This document shows, one piece after another, positions 1 through 13,549 of a stretch of DNA of 64,000 nt (position 1 is its first letter; every line of letters starts with the position of its first letter). The position numbers were made by a program, and so were the translations under genes. Source of the stretch: Cystobasidiomycetes sp. EMM_F5 (taxonomy: Eukaryota); assembly GCA_051047955.1 (NCBI GenBank), contig JBPGPT010000016.1:1-64000 (forward strand). The letters are read 5' to 3'. The notes under the pieces were generated by a model, which was given only the letters and a program-made list of their open reading frames with translations, had not been told where the DNA came from and did not search any database.

Positions 1-271
1 TCTGACCCGGGTTCGAGGTAGCATCCCGTGGTGTCAGTAGACTGGGCGCGCACAGTCACGGCCACTACAAAGCAGCCGACAGTCAGTCGTAGGTGGTTCG
101 GCATCATACGTGGCTGTATCGGAGTACGTCGAGCAGAGACAAAGCACTTAACAATCAGCGTGTGTATTCTGAACAGACATCACCATCAGCCGTTGATTTT
201 TTCGACCGTTGTGCGAGACGTCATTGTGACATTGACCGCGACCCAAGAGCCAACGAGTGGGGTCGAAGCAT

Positions 272-631
272 CTAGCCTCGCAGATGCGGCATTACCGGTA
301 CGATAGTGTGAGTTTGACTAGCCATCAAGGAGGAACGTCGTATAATATCGTTTCCAGACGGGTGTACTGTATGCCACACGCAGCCGGGAGCAGCCATTGC
401 ACAAAGGCCGTAAAAGCGAGCCTTTCTATTCCAAGGAGCCTCTGAGACTTGGTCTTGAGGAGCATAATCGTCTTCCAAGCTGCACAGGCCAGGAGGGGTT
501 TCAATCAACGCGTCACGTGTGTAAACAATTTCCACATTCCAGGCTTCAGGCAGTCCATTGGCTCCTGAGCTGAAGCACTCTGTCTCGACGCCATTTCCCA
601 CCATCAAGACTACCACTTCAGACTTCGCCAT
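272..631 (-). CDS. hypothetical protein (weak)
   Basis: 119-aa ATG-started ORF divergent from the secreted-protein gene; protein-like composition but no recognised motif. Confidence 0.25.
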   Translation of the reverse strand: MAKSEVVVLMVGNGVETECFSSGANGLPEAWNVEIVYTRDALIETPPGLCSLEDDYAPQDQVSEAPWNRKARFYGLCAMAAPGCVWHTVHPSGNDIIRRSSLMASQTHTIVPVMPHLRG

Positions 632-845
632 CTCCCTCGCCGCCTTAAGTTACTCACTCAGCACACACCTCCCCTCGCTCTGGACACCGACCCCGTTCAA
701 CCTACTTTATGCGAGCATAACTCGCCCAAACTATCGCATCCGTCGACAACCTAAACACGCTCATTTACACCCACACTCACTCATACCCCACACTCGTTTC
801 CAACCTAAAATCGCACAGTCCACAAACCATACTCAAAATCGCAAC

Positions 846-1500
846 ATGTCCAAGATCTCGGCACTCTCCCTCCTCCTGCTGTCATACGGCTTGGCACTCC
901 CCATCACAACTGCACGTCCACTATCGCACGACCGCGATTTCGTCTCGAATGTCGTGCAATTACATCAACATGCTTTCCCCGTAGCAACGACGTTCGATCA
1001 GAACAATGTTGAAACAGCGTTGCCGGGCATCACAGAAGTACTTGCTGGAAAGACCATTATCGACTTCGACATTCCTATAGCAGCAAGTCCAGCTACTAAA
1101 AAACAAAACAACGTTCCGCTCTTCATCGCTACAGACTGGGTCGAAGCACTTGACAGCAGACGCTCCTCACAAACTCACTCAACGCACTCCGAGACCAGGG
1201 TCAACGGATGGTATACTACATGCCCAGACGGTCTCGATGCATGCGCAACCGCTGATGGCCAGAGCTGGGAATGCATAGATACACAAAATGATCCAACGCA
1301 ATGTAAGCAGGTGAGGATGCCAATACGTGTTTACGCGAAACTGATACGGCTCTGTTGCGATGATACCAGGCGGAGGATGCACTAGGCCGTTGGAGACGTA
1401 TGCTCCTGTCGGTCTGGATTGCCTGGCCCTGTCCGGTCGCTCGCTAGATAGCCCCGTTCCCGTTACATGCCAGCTAGGCGTGTGCCACTATCCTTCATAA
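846..1500 (+). CDS. secreted protein with C-terminal Cys-rich CPL1/PriA-like domain
   Basis: Signal peptide MSKISALSLLLLSYGLALP. Intron 1303-1369 (gtaagc..ccag) joins CPDGLDAC..WECIDTQNDPTQ-C-GGC..GLDCLAL..VTCQLGVC, TAA at 1498-1500. The WECID..CGGC pattern is typical of basidiomycete PriA/CPL1-like proteins. Confidence 0.75.
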
Positions 1501-1889
1501 CGCCTGTTACAGCCGGTCATCACGACCTTCCTGTTTATCTACGTCACTATGCTACCTTCGCTCGAAAAGAAGCAGTAAAAATCGCTGTGCATGGCAGATG
1601 AGCGGTTCCGCGAAAAGCTTTGTCCAGAGCCAGGATCTGTAACGTAATGAACGAATGAATGGACCTACTTGCGCCAAGTTTCGGCATTGTTGACCGTGAA
1701 GTGCGCTTGAAAAGCAGAATTTTCGTCGCGTTTTCTGCGGGGGTGGCGGTTGGGCGAGTTTTTCGGTCTCGTGCGCCAGGAGAGAGAAAGCTAGCAGAAC
1801 TTTTTTGGCCGAAGAAGTGCTCTTTGCTCTGTACTTGTTGCATTGAAGCATCTTTCTGAACATCCTTTCTATATCTGAAACCCTCAGCC

Positions 1890-4066
1890 ATGGCCGACGA
1901 ACGGACTCCGCTAGTGTCTGGCCGCCGAGCCTCCACTTCGCAGCAGGCGACGGCAGATGCCAATGCTTCTGCGTTCTTTAGCGGTGTCGGTGAGTGTCAA
2001 GAGTTCTGACAGTCACACGTCGTACGCTTGCTGAGGAGTGTATCGTCTTCTGCAGCTCTCGACCCAAATGCGTCTGGCTTCGCTCCAGTGGGCGCGCTGG
2101 AGACTGTCTCCTCACACGAAGAAGATGAGGAAACGACGCCAGTACCAAGCGGCGTGGTCGTAAAGGAAGAGCCTGCAGCAGCTGATTTGTGTGAGCATGT
2201 ACCCAGCACTGCCTTGCGTACGAATAGCGCTGACCTCTTATCTCCACCATGTCAAAAAATTAGACGTCATTCTCGGAGGTATGTGGGTCGGGACGTTCCT
2301 CGCTGCTCTCGATGGCACGATCGTTGCGACTGTACGTAGCGTCTCTTCGACCGTGCAGCGAGCTCCGCTGACTCTGATCTCTGATGCCTGCAGGTTCTGT
2401 CTACTATCGGTTCTGAGTTCGGTCGAAGTAACGAAATTGCGTGGCTTGGTAGCTCTTATCTACTTACGTGCACGGCTTTCCAGCCTCTCTAGTACGTCAG
2501 ATTCATTGCTTTCGCCAAACATCTTCCCTAACGAAAATATTTGGCTGTCCTTCGCAGCGGCCGGTTCAGCGATATCTTTGGCCGCAAGGCAGCTACCCTC
2601 TTTGCCTCCGTCGTTTTCTTGGTCGGCTCGCTAGCATGCGGAATGTCAAGAACCTTCCCGCAGCTCATTGCAGCTCGCGCAGTCGCCGGCATCGGTGGAG
2701 GTGGCCTGACCACTATGAGCAGTATTGTTACCAGCGATCTTGTCCCTTTGCGTGCTCGCGGTACTTATCAAGGTCTCGGCAACATCGTCTACGCCGGTGG
2801 TGCTGCTATTGGTGGACCTCTTGGAGGTTGGCTCGGAGATGGCATTGGCTGGAGATGGGCTTTCCTCATTCAGGTTCCTATCTGCGCGGTCCACTTCCTT
2901 ATCGTGCTCTGGAAGGTCAATATCCCATCAGGTCCAGGTTCTATGGTCGAAAAGATCAAGCGCATCGATTTCCTCGGTGCCTTGAGCATGGTCTCGGCTG
3001 TCACTCTGCTACTGCTCGGTCTTAGCTTAGGCGGCAACCAGTATGAATGGTCACATCCGATCGTCTATGGCTCAATCATTGGCGGCAGCGTATTACTCGT
3101 AATCTTTGTACTTATCGAGAAGTACGTTGCAAGAGAACCACTACTGCCCCTCCGTGTTCTCTTCAACCGCACTCCCCTCTTTGTTTCGCTCACCAACTGG
3201 TTCATGTGAGTTCAGAGACCGTTGACCAAAAGAAGCTGAACTAACAGTCTGCCTTTCGTGCTGCAGTACCATGTCTCAGTTCGGTATCATCTACCAGATC
3301 CCACTGTGAGTTTATCGAATTGATTCTAGCTTCCCCTTATTTTACTGATGAACATTCTGTAGCTACTTCTCGGCTGTCGAACAGACCACAACCTCGTATG
3401 CAGGTCTTCACCTCATCCCGAACGCAATTTTCGCCTCGACCGCATCCCTTTTGTCCGGTATCTACATGGCCCGTTCTGGTGTGTACAAGAACCTGTTGAT
3501 CTTCTCCGGTCTATGCGGTCTGCTTGGCCCCGTCCTCATGATCTTCTGGAACTACAAGACCACTAGCCAAGCCATGTACTGGCTTACCATGATCCCAGGT
3601 GGTATCGGTTACGGTGCAATCTTGACAATCACTTTGATTGCCTTGATCAGTGCGGTAGACCCGAAGGACATGTGAGCAGCACAAACACTCCGTTTAATCC
3701 GCTCCAGTAGGCTGACCACCTCGTTTATGCAGGGCGGCCGCAACCGGCGTTTCTTACCTTTTCCGAGCTACTGGATCAGTGCTCGGCATCGGCATTTCGA
3801 CCTCCATCCTGCAGCAGTCACTCAAGGAGAACCTTGCCAAGTTCTTCACTGGCAAACACGCGCACAAGACTATTGATGCGATTCGCCGCAATGTCGACTA
3901 TATCCGCGAGCTGCAAGGCAACGAGCGCGCTGCGGCGATTCAGTCGTACGCCAACGCTATGCACGTCGTGTTTATTGCGATTGCTGTCGCGGCCGCTGCA
4001 GCGTTTATCTGCTTGCTCTTCATTCAGCAGCACCATCTGCCAGGCTCTCTCGACCGAAAGAAGTAA
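1890..4066 (+). CDS. MFS drug:H+ antiporter-2 family transporter, vacuolar basic amino acid transporter (Vba)-like; multi-exon
   Basis: Motifs GTFLAALDGTIVAT, YGRFSDIFGRK, ARAVAGIGGGG, SDLVPLRARG, IGWRWAFLIQVP. N-terminal DERTPLV resembles an acidic-dileucine vacuolar sorting signal. GT-AG introns link the ORF pieces. Confidence 0.9.
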
Positions 4067-4387
4067 GTGTGGCTGCATAAATAACGCCCTATGCCGTTGT
4101 TATAGGATAGATTCCTTTTAGAGCTTGAAGAATCTCATAGTAATCCAAAAGAAAGCGTGTCGATGCGTTTTGATCACACAAACGACATGCGTTCACTCCC
4201 AGGCACTACTCGCGGTGTTTCTTGCCAAACAAGCCGAGTAATCCTTTGACTCTCAAGCTGCGCATACATTCATGACGTTGGACCGTGTCTGCACAAGAAT
4301 GTGTCGAACCCTGTGCTTGTTCTCCAGCCCTTGATGATTACCCTCGTCCTCGTGGTGTGAATACGGAGAGCGTAAATAACGACCGCA

Positions 4388-6167
4388 ATGGATGACCTCC
4401 ATGAATTTGGAAAAGCCGTCACGGTGCCAGCCGACGCCGTGAGACACGTCAACGATGTGTGGACGGTTTTATACTAACGAAAACCCGTAGCTTATCAACG
4501 TTCTCATAATTGGCGCGGGTTCAAGAGGCAATGCGTATACCCAGGCCATCAAGTTTCTTGCTCGACCAGGCTGGGTCGTGAGGGCGGTAGCGGAGCCAGA
4601 CTCGCTTAAGCGAGAGGCATTCGGACGGCACTATATTTGGGGAGAAGACGCAACCGCAGGATATGGACAATCGTTTACAGGCTGGCAAGACTTCGTCGAG
4701 TGGGAGACAGCCCGAAGACGGACGCCGTCATCAGCACAGGATGCCGCCTATCAGCCGATAGATGCTTGCTTCATCTGCTGCTTAGATTCTATGCACCATC
4801 CCGCAATTACTGCGCTAGCTCCGCTGAACCTGCATATCCTCTGCGAAAAGCCGCTATGCACGTCGTTGGCACATTCCATTGACGTAGCATCCACATTGGC
4901 GAGTCACCACTCTGACAATCCACGAGCCGTCAGCATCGGCCATGTCCTTCGGTACTCCAACTTCAACATGACACTGCGTCGCCTCTTGTGCGAAGAGCTC
5001 GCTATTGGAGAAGTCATATCGATGGAGCATACCGAACCTATCGGATGGCACCATTTCCCGCACAGCTACGTACGCGGTAATTGGAGGAGAGAGTTCGAAG
5101 ATCCTGATGGACAAGGCGGCAGAGTCGGGACCCTTTTAACTAAAAGCTGTCATGATGTCGATCTCATCATGTGGCTGTTGGCAAGTCCAAGCCTCCTTAC
5201 CGGCAGCATACCTCATCTGCCTGCTACAATCACCAGCTCTGGAAGTCTACATCACTTCAGAAAGGCGCGAAAGCCGAAAGCGGCAGGTACTGCCACGAAT
5301 TGCTTATCGTGTCCTCTGAAAGACGAAGGCTGCATTCACTCTGCCAAACGATCGTATGTCGACAGACTGGCAGCGGGAATGACTCACTGGCCGTTGAACG
5401 TGGTTGTTCCTGATATTGAGGATATACTGAGAACAGCTGGGCGAGAAGCAGCCGACAAGGCTTTGCATTCGGCATTAGCGGACGATTACGATGCTACCAT
5501 AACATCCGATGATATCATAAACAGCCGCAATTGGTATGGGAGGTGTGCTTACGAGTCCAACAACAACGTCGTAGACAATCAGACGGTAGTCATTACCTGG
5601 GATGAGGAGGCATTGCCCACATCTGATCAAAGCCAGGCAGCTCGTAATGCGCGTGGTTTAGATCCTTTGTTTGGCCGTGGTCCAAAGACCGCCGTCTTTC
5701 ACATGACGTACCCGACAGAAGCCGTATGCGAGCGCCGTGGCAGGATTTATGGCACTCTTGGCGAGATATCATACGATTCGCATACCTTGACCGTCACAAG
5801 GCACGGAGAAGAAATGGTCAGGTATACTCCTAAAGGCCAGGATGTTATCGTAGGAGAAGGCCACGGAGGCGGTAAGTCTGATCCTTTCTGATGCGCCAAT
5901 GTCGACTAATCCCACACGACAGGTGATCTCGGCTTGACAAAGAATTTTCTGTCGGCGGTCAATGCTATCAAGAGCGGAGCAATGGATGCGAAAAGAGCAC
6001 AAGAACACTTTATCGGCTGTGATGTGGACGAAATCATACGTAGTCACGCCGTAGTCTTTGCGGCAGAACACGCACGTCAAACCAGGACGGTCGTTGATTG
6101 GGGTCAGTGGTGGGAGGAGAAACAGACAACCTTGATGGCAACGCATGAGCATGAAGTCCCGAATTAA
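4388..6167 (+). CDS. Gfo/Idh/MocA family NAD(P)-dependent oxidoreductase (StrI/YteT-like)
   Basis: Intron 4439-4490 gives the Rossmann motif LIIGAGSRGNAY; also HILCEKPL, HSYVRGNWRR, LLTKSCHDVD and GHGGG/D (intron 5872-5922). Confidence 0.88.
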
Positions 6168-6300
6168 GCCGGCACAGTATTGGGAAAGAAATGGTTGTGA
6201 GAAGAACATGCTTTGACATCAATATCGTTTTGGCATCTAGTATGGCGCCAGTGGCAAAATAATGGTTTGTTGCTTAAACTTTTGTATCGGGTGCGTGTTG

Positions 6301-7029
6301 CTACAAGACCATCCGGGAACGACTGTTTGCCATGCTATCAGAGCACAGATGTCAATGTGCGCACTCGATTGTGAGCCCGGATGGCTCAGACTTACGAATG
6401 AAAGTCGTGGACAGGCTGGTTAGAGGGCAGATCCTGCGCAGGTTCAAGGATATCCATATCCTGAAGATCGCCCTCTTCGTCTCTCTCAGAGACAGCTTGC
6501 TGGTGTGTCGTCGCGGCATTCTGGGCGCGCATGTCTGCTGATTGCAAGCCGGCCGCTGAGAGATCACCACTGTTGTTGAGAGCATTGAGCAGATTATTTT
6601 TTACTGCCGCATCAATGTCGATCGAAACCGGCCGCTGAAGTATCGTATGTCCGGCGCCAGCAGCTGGCGCCAGTGCTGCAGGCACAGCAGAGAGGTTGCT
6701 GGACTCAGCGTCGGAATAGCCACGGGGTCTTGCTGCACTAGACATATCGTGACTTTTGTTTACTGCAGCCCACATGCGATCTGTGATTTCAATCATCAGC
6801 TGAGACCGGACGTACAGGTCAGGAATGTATGGAACTAGGTCGTTCCCGACTTACTGTTTATATCACCAGCGCCGACGGGAAAACCCGACGACAGTGTTGC
6901 TACTCGCCTGGGGAATGACGACACAGCAGGGAGAGCTGTAGACGCTGGGAACGGGGAGAGGATGGATCTGAGTGCGGATGTGCTGTCAAAGACATTTTGT
7001 CTCCACTTGCTGATCTCCTCGGTACGCAT
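6301..7029 (-). CDS. hypothetical protein (3 exons)
   Basis: ORFs 6835-7029 and 6392-6780 join in frame through intron 6781-6854 (gtaagt..cacag). A further gtaagt intron leads to MANSRSRMVL*. Confidence 0.5.
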
Positions 7030-7559
7030 GTCAGTGCAGTATAGATACTGTAAGTCGAGTATACAGGCTTTGCCAACACCAGAGGTGCGATAGTATCGGG
7101 ATGGAGTCAGCGGCGAGTGAGCGTGGAGGAGAGGTGTGGAAAAGTGGCCTCCCCGCACCACTACAATCAGTTGGGGATTTGCGCAGTTCGGACGAATAGG
7201 CCACATCGCCCGACACGCATCGCCGCGACATCGCCATTGTTGCGCTACTCGAACTTGCAGACGTTCAAAGGGAGTCGTCAGCTGTAGCCATATTTGCTGC
7301 CGGATGCGATCCCCGACTCGCGCATCTCCACACGGTCAGTGCGGCATCAATCAGGTCTAGACGGGCGTCTTAACAGACATTCGCAAGGTTAGCAATGAAA
7401 GTGATGTGCAATGTTCGCAACAAGCTGACCAGGTCATACTGTACTTGACCGTTTATGCTGGCCGCGATCACTACCCCAGCCAAGACGTGGCTGCTGCTGA
7501 TTCAGACTGCAACAACTCTGCCAATAAGTAATCTGAAGTGACTGCCACCAGCAGACAGT

Positions 7560-9517
7560 ATGGCCTTCCTGCTCGGCCGAGGGAGCACCTCGTTCAGCTC
7601 GCGCCGTGCGGCAACATCGTCCGACCGGGCTGGTCAGTCGTCAACATTGCTTTTTGACGCCAGGCAGAGCAACGGGCTCGACGACGAAGACGAGGACGAC
7701 GAAGATGCAGAACTCAATGCTGCGTTTGGCGGCGCAGACGATGATTTTGACGGAAACCGTAGCCAGGGGCACAGTCTCGCGGCGCAGCACCGGGTAGCTT
7801 CAGCAGAAGAGGATCCAGACACATCGATGCGAGACGAGGAAGCCCAACTGCTGGATCCACGCGCCCAAGATATATCACATCGACCGCTGCTGCCCAATGA
7901 TGGTCACCGCAGCGATATTCAATTGAACTTGCCCAGTTCGGCCTCGTCACCGCCGTCGGGAGGCTACGACTTTGAAAGAGATCCCTACGAACGTGGCGCT
8001 ACTATTGTACGTTTGTCTCCGTCTGGTCGGACAAGCCCTTTCTCCGCCCTCAGTCGCAATGTCTCTACTTCAAGTCTATCGCTGCCGCTCGCTGCCCAAG
8101 CGCACCAACCTTCTAGTGGCAACCGTCGGAGTGGTAGACAGCGTGCCCGACAGCCTGCATCTGCAGGACTTTTGGGTGCAATCAGGAATCTATTGCCAGC
8201 CAGATTGCGTCCATACGGTCTCATCGGTGGCTCCGCATCATCCAGCAGAGGCAGGCGCAGAGACGGGAACGCTGATGCAGACGATGGCGATGAACTCGAT
8301 GACTGGGATGCTCCTCCGCCTACACTTCCTGGTACATATGGCGGAGGATCGCTCAACGATGGCGTGTTCAGCAATCTGATGGCGAAGCCGATCAGCTCAA
8401 GGCTGGGACCGAACGGGGAGCCTATCGATATAGTCGGCGGAGATGACGAATTGCGAGAGAAGGAGATTCCACCAGTACGTCTCATCACTTCTCTGGTATT
8501 CTAGTACTTGCTAATCTGCGTGCGCCAGGCGTATGAAATGGCGGTGTTGGACGCTGCTCCGCCGTACTTCGATACAACAGTTCACGCACCAGGACTTGGC
8601 GGTTTCGCAGGGGCGGGCGGGACTGGCCTCGATGACGTCCTTATCGAAGGTTTACCGCTCGGCAATATATTCTCCTTCTTCTGGTCTTTGTTGGTTTCGA
8701 TGAGTTTCCAGTTTGTCGGTTTCCTTCTTACGACGCTACTCTCGACATCGCACGCTGCCAAGAACGGTTCTCGAGCTGGATTGGGTATCACACTTATACA
8801 ATATGGCCTGTTTCTACAAAGCCACGAAGATGATTCCTTGCCGACAGATTTCGTTATAGGCGGTGGTGCAGTTAATGCCAGTGACGGATCCGCAGCAGGA
8901 GCAAAAGCTGGTTGGGAGTCATTCTGGGGCGGCGACCAAGGTGCTCCGCCGGCTGCAAGTGCTGCAGCAGTACCCAGTCGAGCAGCGCCAACGATGATTG
9001 ATCTATTTGGCAACTCGGGCTCTACGCCTGCATCAAATTCGACTGGGCCCATTCTCCTTGATGGGCCTGCCAGTATGTCTGGTGTCGCTAATTCCTGGCT
9101 GGCGATGGTTCTCATGATCGTAGGATGGGTACGTTAACGTTTTCATGCCTGTGTTGATACATGACTGAACACATTGCATCGTTGCAGTTTCTCCTCGTGT
9201 CGTCGACCGTTCAATATATACAGGCAATGCGATATGCGAGAGCACTTCGCGATGGCGGTTCATCACCGGCAGACGGGTCAACAGGCGGACTCTTCGCAAT
9301 CATATCCCGCTTTACTGGAGCAGAAGTTCGTCCAGAGGAGCGGACTTGGGGTTTGCCCAGTCGACCTGCACCTGTGCAGACTGAAGCACCACCGCTGCCA
9401 TTGCACAACGAGAGACCGTCAACTGGCAGCAGTTTGTTTCGGCCACTGTCAGCCTGGCCCAGCACCGCGGGTATACCTACAACAGGCAGTTTCAGCATTG
9501 GAGGTCGCTCGGTATAA
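7560..9517 (+). CDS. BSD2: Bsd2/NDFIP-like Rsp5 (Nedd4) adaptor, metal homeostasis membrane protein
   Basis: NDGVFSNLMAKP; PPAY (PPxY formed across intron 8476-8528) and APPY; GNIFSFFWSLLVSMSFQFVGFLLTTLLSTSHAAKNGSRAGLGITLIQYG; three TM segments. Confidence 0.9.
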
Positions 9518-9657
9518 ACATGTCGTGTAATTCTTTCGCATCGAAGTACGCTACATACGCAATTTTCGTGTCCAACGACTCACTGTAGCTTTCTATTCGT
9601 TGTATGCAGAGGACTCATTTCTAGGCCGTAGGTTCACTGCAGCCGTACGACGATCGT

Positions 9658-11079
9658 CTACCACTGCCATATGTTACCTCCACTCCTACCTGCGAGACTC
9701 GTACCGCCACGCAGGAGGTCGCTGATGACCTTGCCTTGCACTATTGTGGTTTGGACTATGACTGGCGCATCACGAGGACGCACACGAGCGTACCACACAC
9801 AGACTCCGTTCGGCAGCCATAAGAGCATCTGTGCACTGAATTTATGGCCTCCGATATGGGACACTTTGAATATGCCAATGTGCTTGTCGACGCTACTGTC
9901 GGTCTTTTCAGTCAGGCGTCGCAGTTGCTGATCGTGATTGAATGCAGATTGGGCAGCAACTTCTTCGAAGAAATGCGCATCGTTGCCTGACGTATCCACA
10001 TGCCAGTCGTGACCTAACGCTTCGATAGCCTCAGTCAGAGAGGCAATCAGATGCGGTGCCGTGACGTGACATCGGTTATCCCGCCTTTTGTGAGAGCATA
10101 TGAGAATTACAGCGCGATAGGGGAGCGTGTGCGCCTGGAGAAGAGACTGCGTTGGCTGCTCCTCGGATAAAGATAAATGCTCCCGGACCAGGGCTGCGGT
10201 TCTCTGCTTCGTGACGTTGCTCACAACCTGAAATTCTTGTATGGGTCAGTCACGCGTTCGTAGCAATGGAAAACCTTTCACGCATACCTTGTAGTCCGGA
10301 AATATCATGACACTTTCACCTCCGCCAGAAGTCACATCGCTCGTGTGCGATTCAAATGGCTGCATACTTCCGCACAATATACTTAGCCCATCCTGCCTTG
10401 CTTCCCCCTTATCGTCCCAGCCGTCCCCAAACCCGCCAAGGTTGGGAACATTTCGACGTTGCGTCGGATTTGATGTCGCATTCACTGTGGATTTTTGGAT
10501 TGGACGGTCTTCGTACGATTTGTTGATGCTATACGCGAGGAGATCTGCTTCGTCAGTCACGCTGTGCGGCCAGTCTGCGTATAGGAAAGGAAGTCGGGTG
10601 GCGGATCAGCATATTAGACGTGTGCGAGATGGTGGACGAGATTTGCGATACCGCAACAAGGTCACATCAGTTGACTTTTACCTATCGGCCTCAACCAATC
10701 TCAACGCACCGCTCTTGCCTGTAGCAACAATGACAGTGCGGCCAGCATTGCCCTTTAGCGACCCGAGCAGCGGCGTCGAATAATCGAGCTGATCCAGCAA
10801 TCATCAGCAGCCGCATGAGAGACATACGCAGCCCATCGCCGAAGATATAATTTTGACAGCCGCCTTACTCACATCTAATGGCTTCCAGAACCTCTCGCGG
10901 TCCCCGTCGGCTTCTTCTTCAGAGCAAGGCAGCTGGCAGCTTCGACACGCGTCGCTTAGCGATACATGCGGCACGCCCGCAGCGTCGAGACTACCTAGAA
11001 CGGATGCCTTTGGAGCCGGGCGTGCGCTTGCAGGCTGTGCTGACATGAAGTGTAGCGTTCTTTTACCAAGCGCCAACAT
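9658..11079 (-). CDS. sucrase/ferredoxin-like (Apd1/Aim32-type thioredoxin-like 2Fe-2S) protein; start uncertain (11046/11079/11142)
   Basis: LICSHKRRDNRC (C-X8-C) and SHIGGHKF (HxGGH) ligand motifs; VWYARV..IVQTTIVQGKVI..LLRGG. Confidence 0.85.
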
Positions 11080-11496
11080 CGTCCGGCTGCTAGGTATGAC
11101 GTCCACCAAAAGTGTTTGTGGGATGCCGCGCCAAGATGGCATCCTGACAGATCATTCTCCATTTTATACTCATAGGCGACTCGTATATCGGTCGCGCGTT
11201 GCCGAATGACCGATAATTCCGCTGTCCGCCGCCGCTTCATCCTTACGTTCTACCCTTTGAGTAAACCACGCATTGCAGCCGTGCAGCTGAATAATTGCTT
11301 TCTCAAGCAACGCGCGTAACTATGCAGAAACAACCGGACCCTGTCCGAAGGATGTGCCAATGCGGCGAGAATCGAAGCGTATGGCGCCCGGTGCTCAGCG
11401 TGTATCTTAGAGAGACTGGTACCGGCTGCAATAGTGCCTGGAGGGTTAATCTCACTTTACCTCCGTTCGGCTGACCAGCTAAAACAGAGAAACACC

Positions 11497-13032
11497 ATGT
11501 CGGCAACCCTACCTCAGATCGATGCCGCTACCTTTGCGTTGCTCAACGCCGATGCACAGCAGGCTTTACTTGCTGGCATCCGGTTGCTAGATAACACTCT
11601 CAATGCAGAGCTCATTGCGGCAGCTGCGACAATGTACAGCTAATTGTACAAAGTGCTACAGACAACGTCGAGCTGACGCCGCGTCCAGGACTGTCGGCAC
11701 ATATGATGCCATCACGATGTTTCCACGCGAATTGAAGCACATCTACTCTAATTATACTTCCTGGGTCTCCGTACGTCCGATTTCGTTTTCGTACCGTACA
11801 GGCTGATACAAAGAAACATCAGCTTGTTTATCTCTTCACGAGATTCTCATTTCAGATTCAACTTATATGGGGGGTAAGATTGCAGCGTTCCCGTATTGCG
11901 GCAATCCAATACAGACTGACTGCTCTCCCACCCCATCAGATGTTTGTGAGCAGTGCGTGGCGGATGACTTTCAGACAACACTGACTATTCAGAGGCAGGT
12001 ATGGTTTCATGGATGGCGAAGTAGGTCACACACCCCCTTTATACGGGAATGCCGCTGATACACTCGCCTCGTAGTGGACCAATGCGACGTGATTAAGGGA
12101 GTTCTGATTTTCCTCCCTGCTATATCAGTGAGATTTGCTCCACCACTAGGATTTGTTGGGACTAAAAAGAGCAATTCGAAATGTTTACAGCTGGTTCCAG
12201 CTCACCTTTTGTTCTCCGTTCGCGTCTGGTCAATCGTAAGCCTGTCGCGCATACGGTCGATCTTGAGCTCACGAGCGAATGTTGTCAAGTGGGCGCATAA
12301 GAAATGGGTGCTGCTCATCTGCCTTCCGCCCATTGCGGGCGAATTCATAGCAATTTGCTGGCTGGCCTACGGAACGAGATTTGAGACAGCCCCGTTCCTG
12401 GGCTCGACTGGCGCTTGTATTCCTGTCGCAACCGATGATTTCATGTTGGTGTACTGGGTAACCCCCTTTTTTTGCTTGTACAGCTATCTCTCGGCTGATG
12501 AGTCAAAATGTAGATTCCCGTAATGTCGGTGGACACTGTTCTGGTCCTTCTGGCCACAGCGAAATTGTGGACGATGAAGAAATCGTTTGGACGGTTGTCA
12601 TCAAAATCAATTATCCGTGTCTTGCTTGAACAAAGCTTGCAATACTATATCTGGAATTTTCTGGCGGTGCGGTATTCGGGTATTTGCTGAGCGAATTGTA
12701 CTGACCTGCTCATATTCATTCATATCTTCGGATAGAACATTATCAATCTGTAGGTCATTGCGGAGATCGCTTTTCTACTGATTGTGAACTGATGTGGACA
12801 CACTCTCAGAATCTGGAGCGTTTCCAACTACGGGAAACCAGACAGCTCCTTATTGTCAGGGCCTACAGCAACGATCAACATACTTCTCAGCTTGCGCTGC
12901 GCCCTGGAACTCCGGGAATTTACTAGCGAAGGAGCAACTTTCCATGATCCCCATTCGAAATCTACAGTGCCGTCAGGTGGTTCTGCAGTGCAACGCATTG
13001 GCGACATTGAGCTAAGAAGTATGGCGAAGTGA
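11497..13032 (+). CDS. 7-TM integral membrane protein, DUF6533-like / GPCR-like, paralog A (11 exons)
   Basis: Hand-spliced across 10 GT-AG introns to an open frame: YDAITMFPRELKHIY..LVYLFTR..MDQC..FSVRVWSIW..GAC..DTVLVLLA..QSLQYY..SLRCALELRE. Confidence 0.8.
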
Positions 13033-13549
13033 TTCACGGAGGCAGAACATATCGGAATATCCGGTGGCATCGCAAACCGACTTTCGTGACGATCTTGTCA
13101 GTGGCCTCGCTAGAGCGCCTAGCGGAGACTATCGAGGCATAGGCAGTCAATTACATAGCATCTGAGCATTCTGCGTGGATGTATGACTACTAGAGATTAA
13201 CACATTACCATAGCTCCGGGGCAAGTTGCGGTTGACAATACCCCTATCATACGTATGGCAGAAATTCAATGCTACCCACGACAACCAACTCTACGACTTT
13301 GGACACACGCTAGAGTTCCGTCTGCACTGCCTCGTCATTCCACGTTCTTCAGCTCCTGTACATCAGACTTCATCGCGCACTGTACCGGTACAAAGCCGGA
13401 CCTCTCGCCAACACAGCAGACTAGATGTAGCCGGGAACCAGGCGGGAAATCTCATCAACATGCTTTGCGAACGGCTTTGTCCGCGCACGGATCCGTGTGG
13501 TTGCCTTCTTAACCTTTCGCCGCAAGCTCTCTAGGCAGACGACCACGAC

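Noticed and set aside
1..60. GGGTTCGAG resembling a tRNA T-loop / B-box
   Set aside because: No T-stem pairing or cloverleaf can be built, and it lies at the window edge
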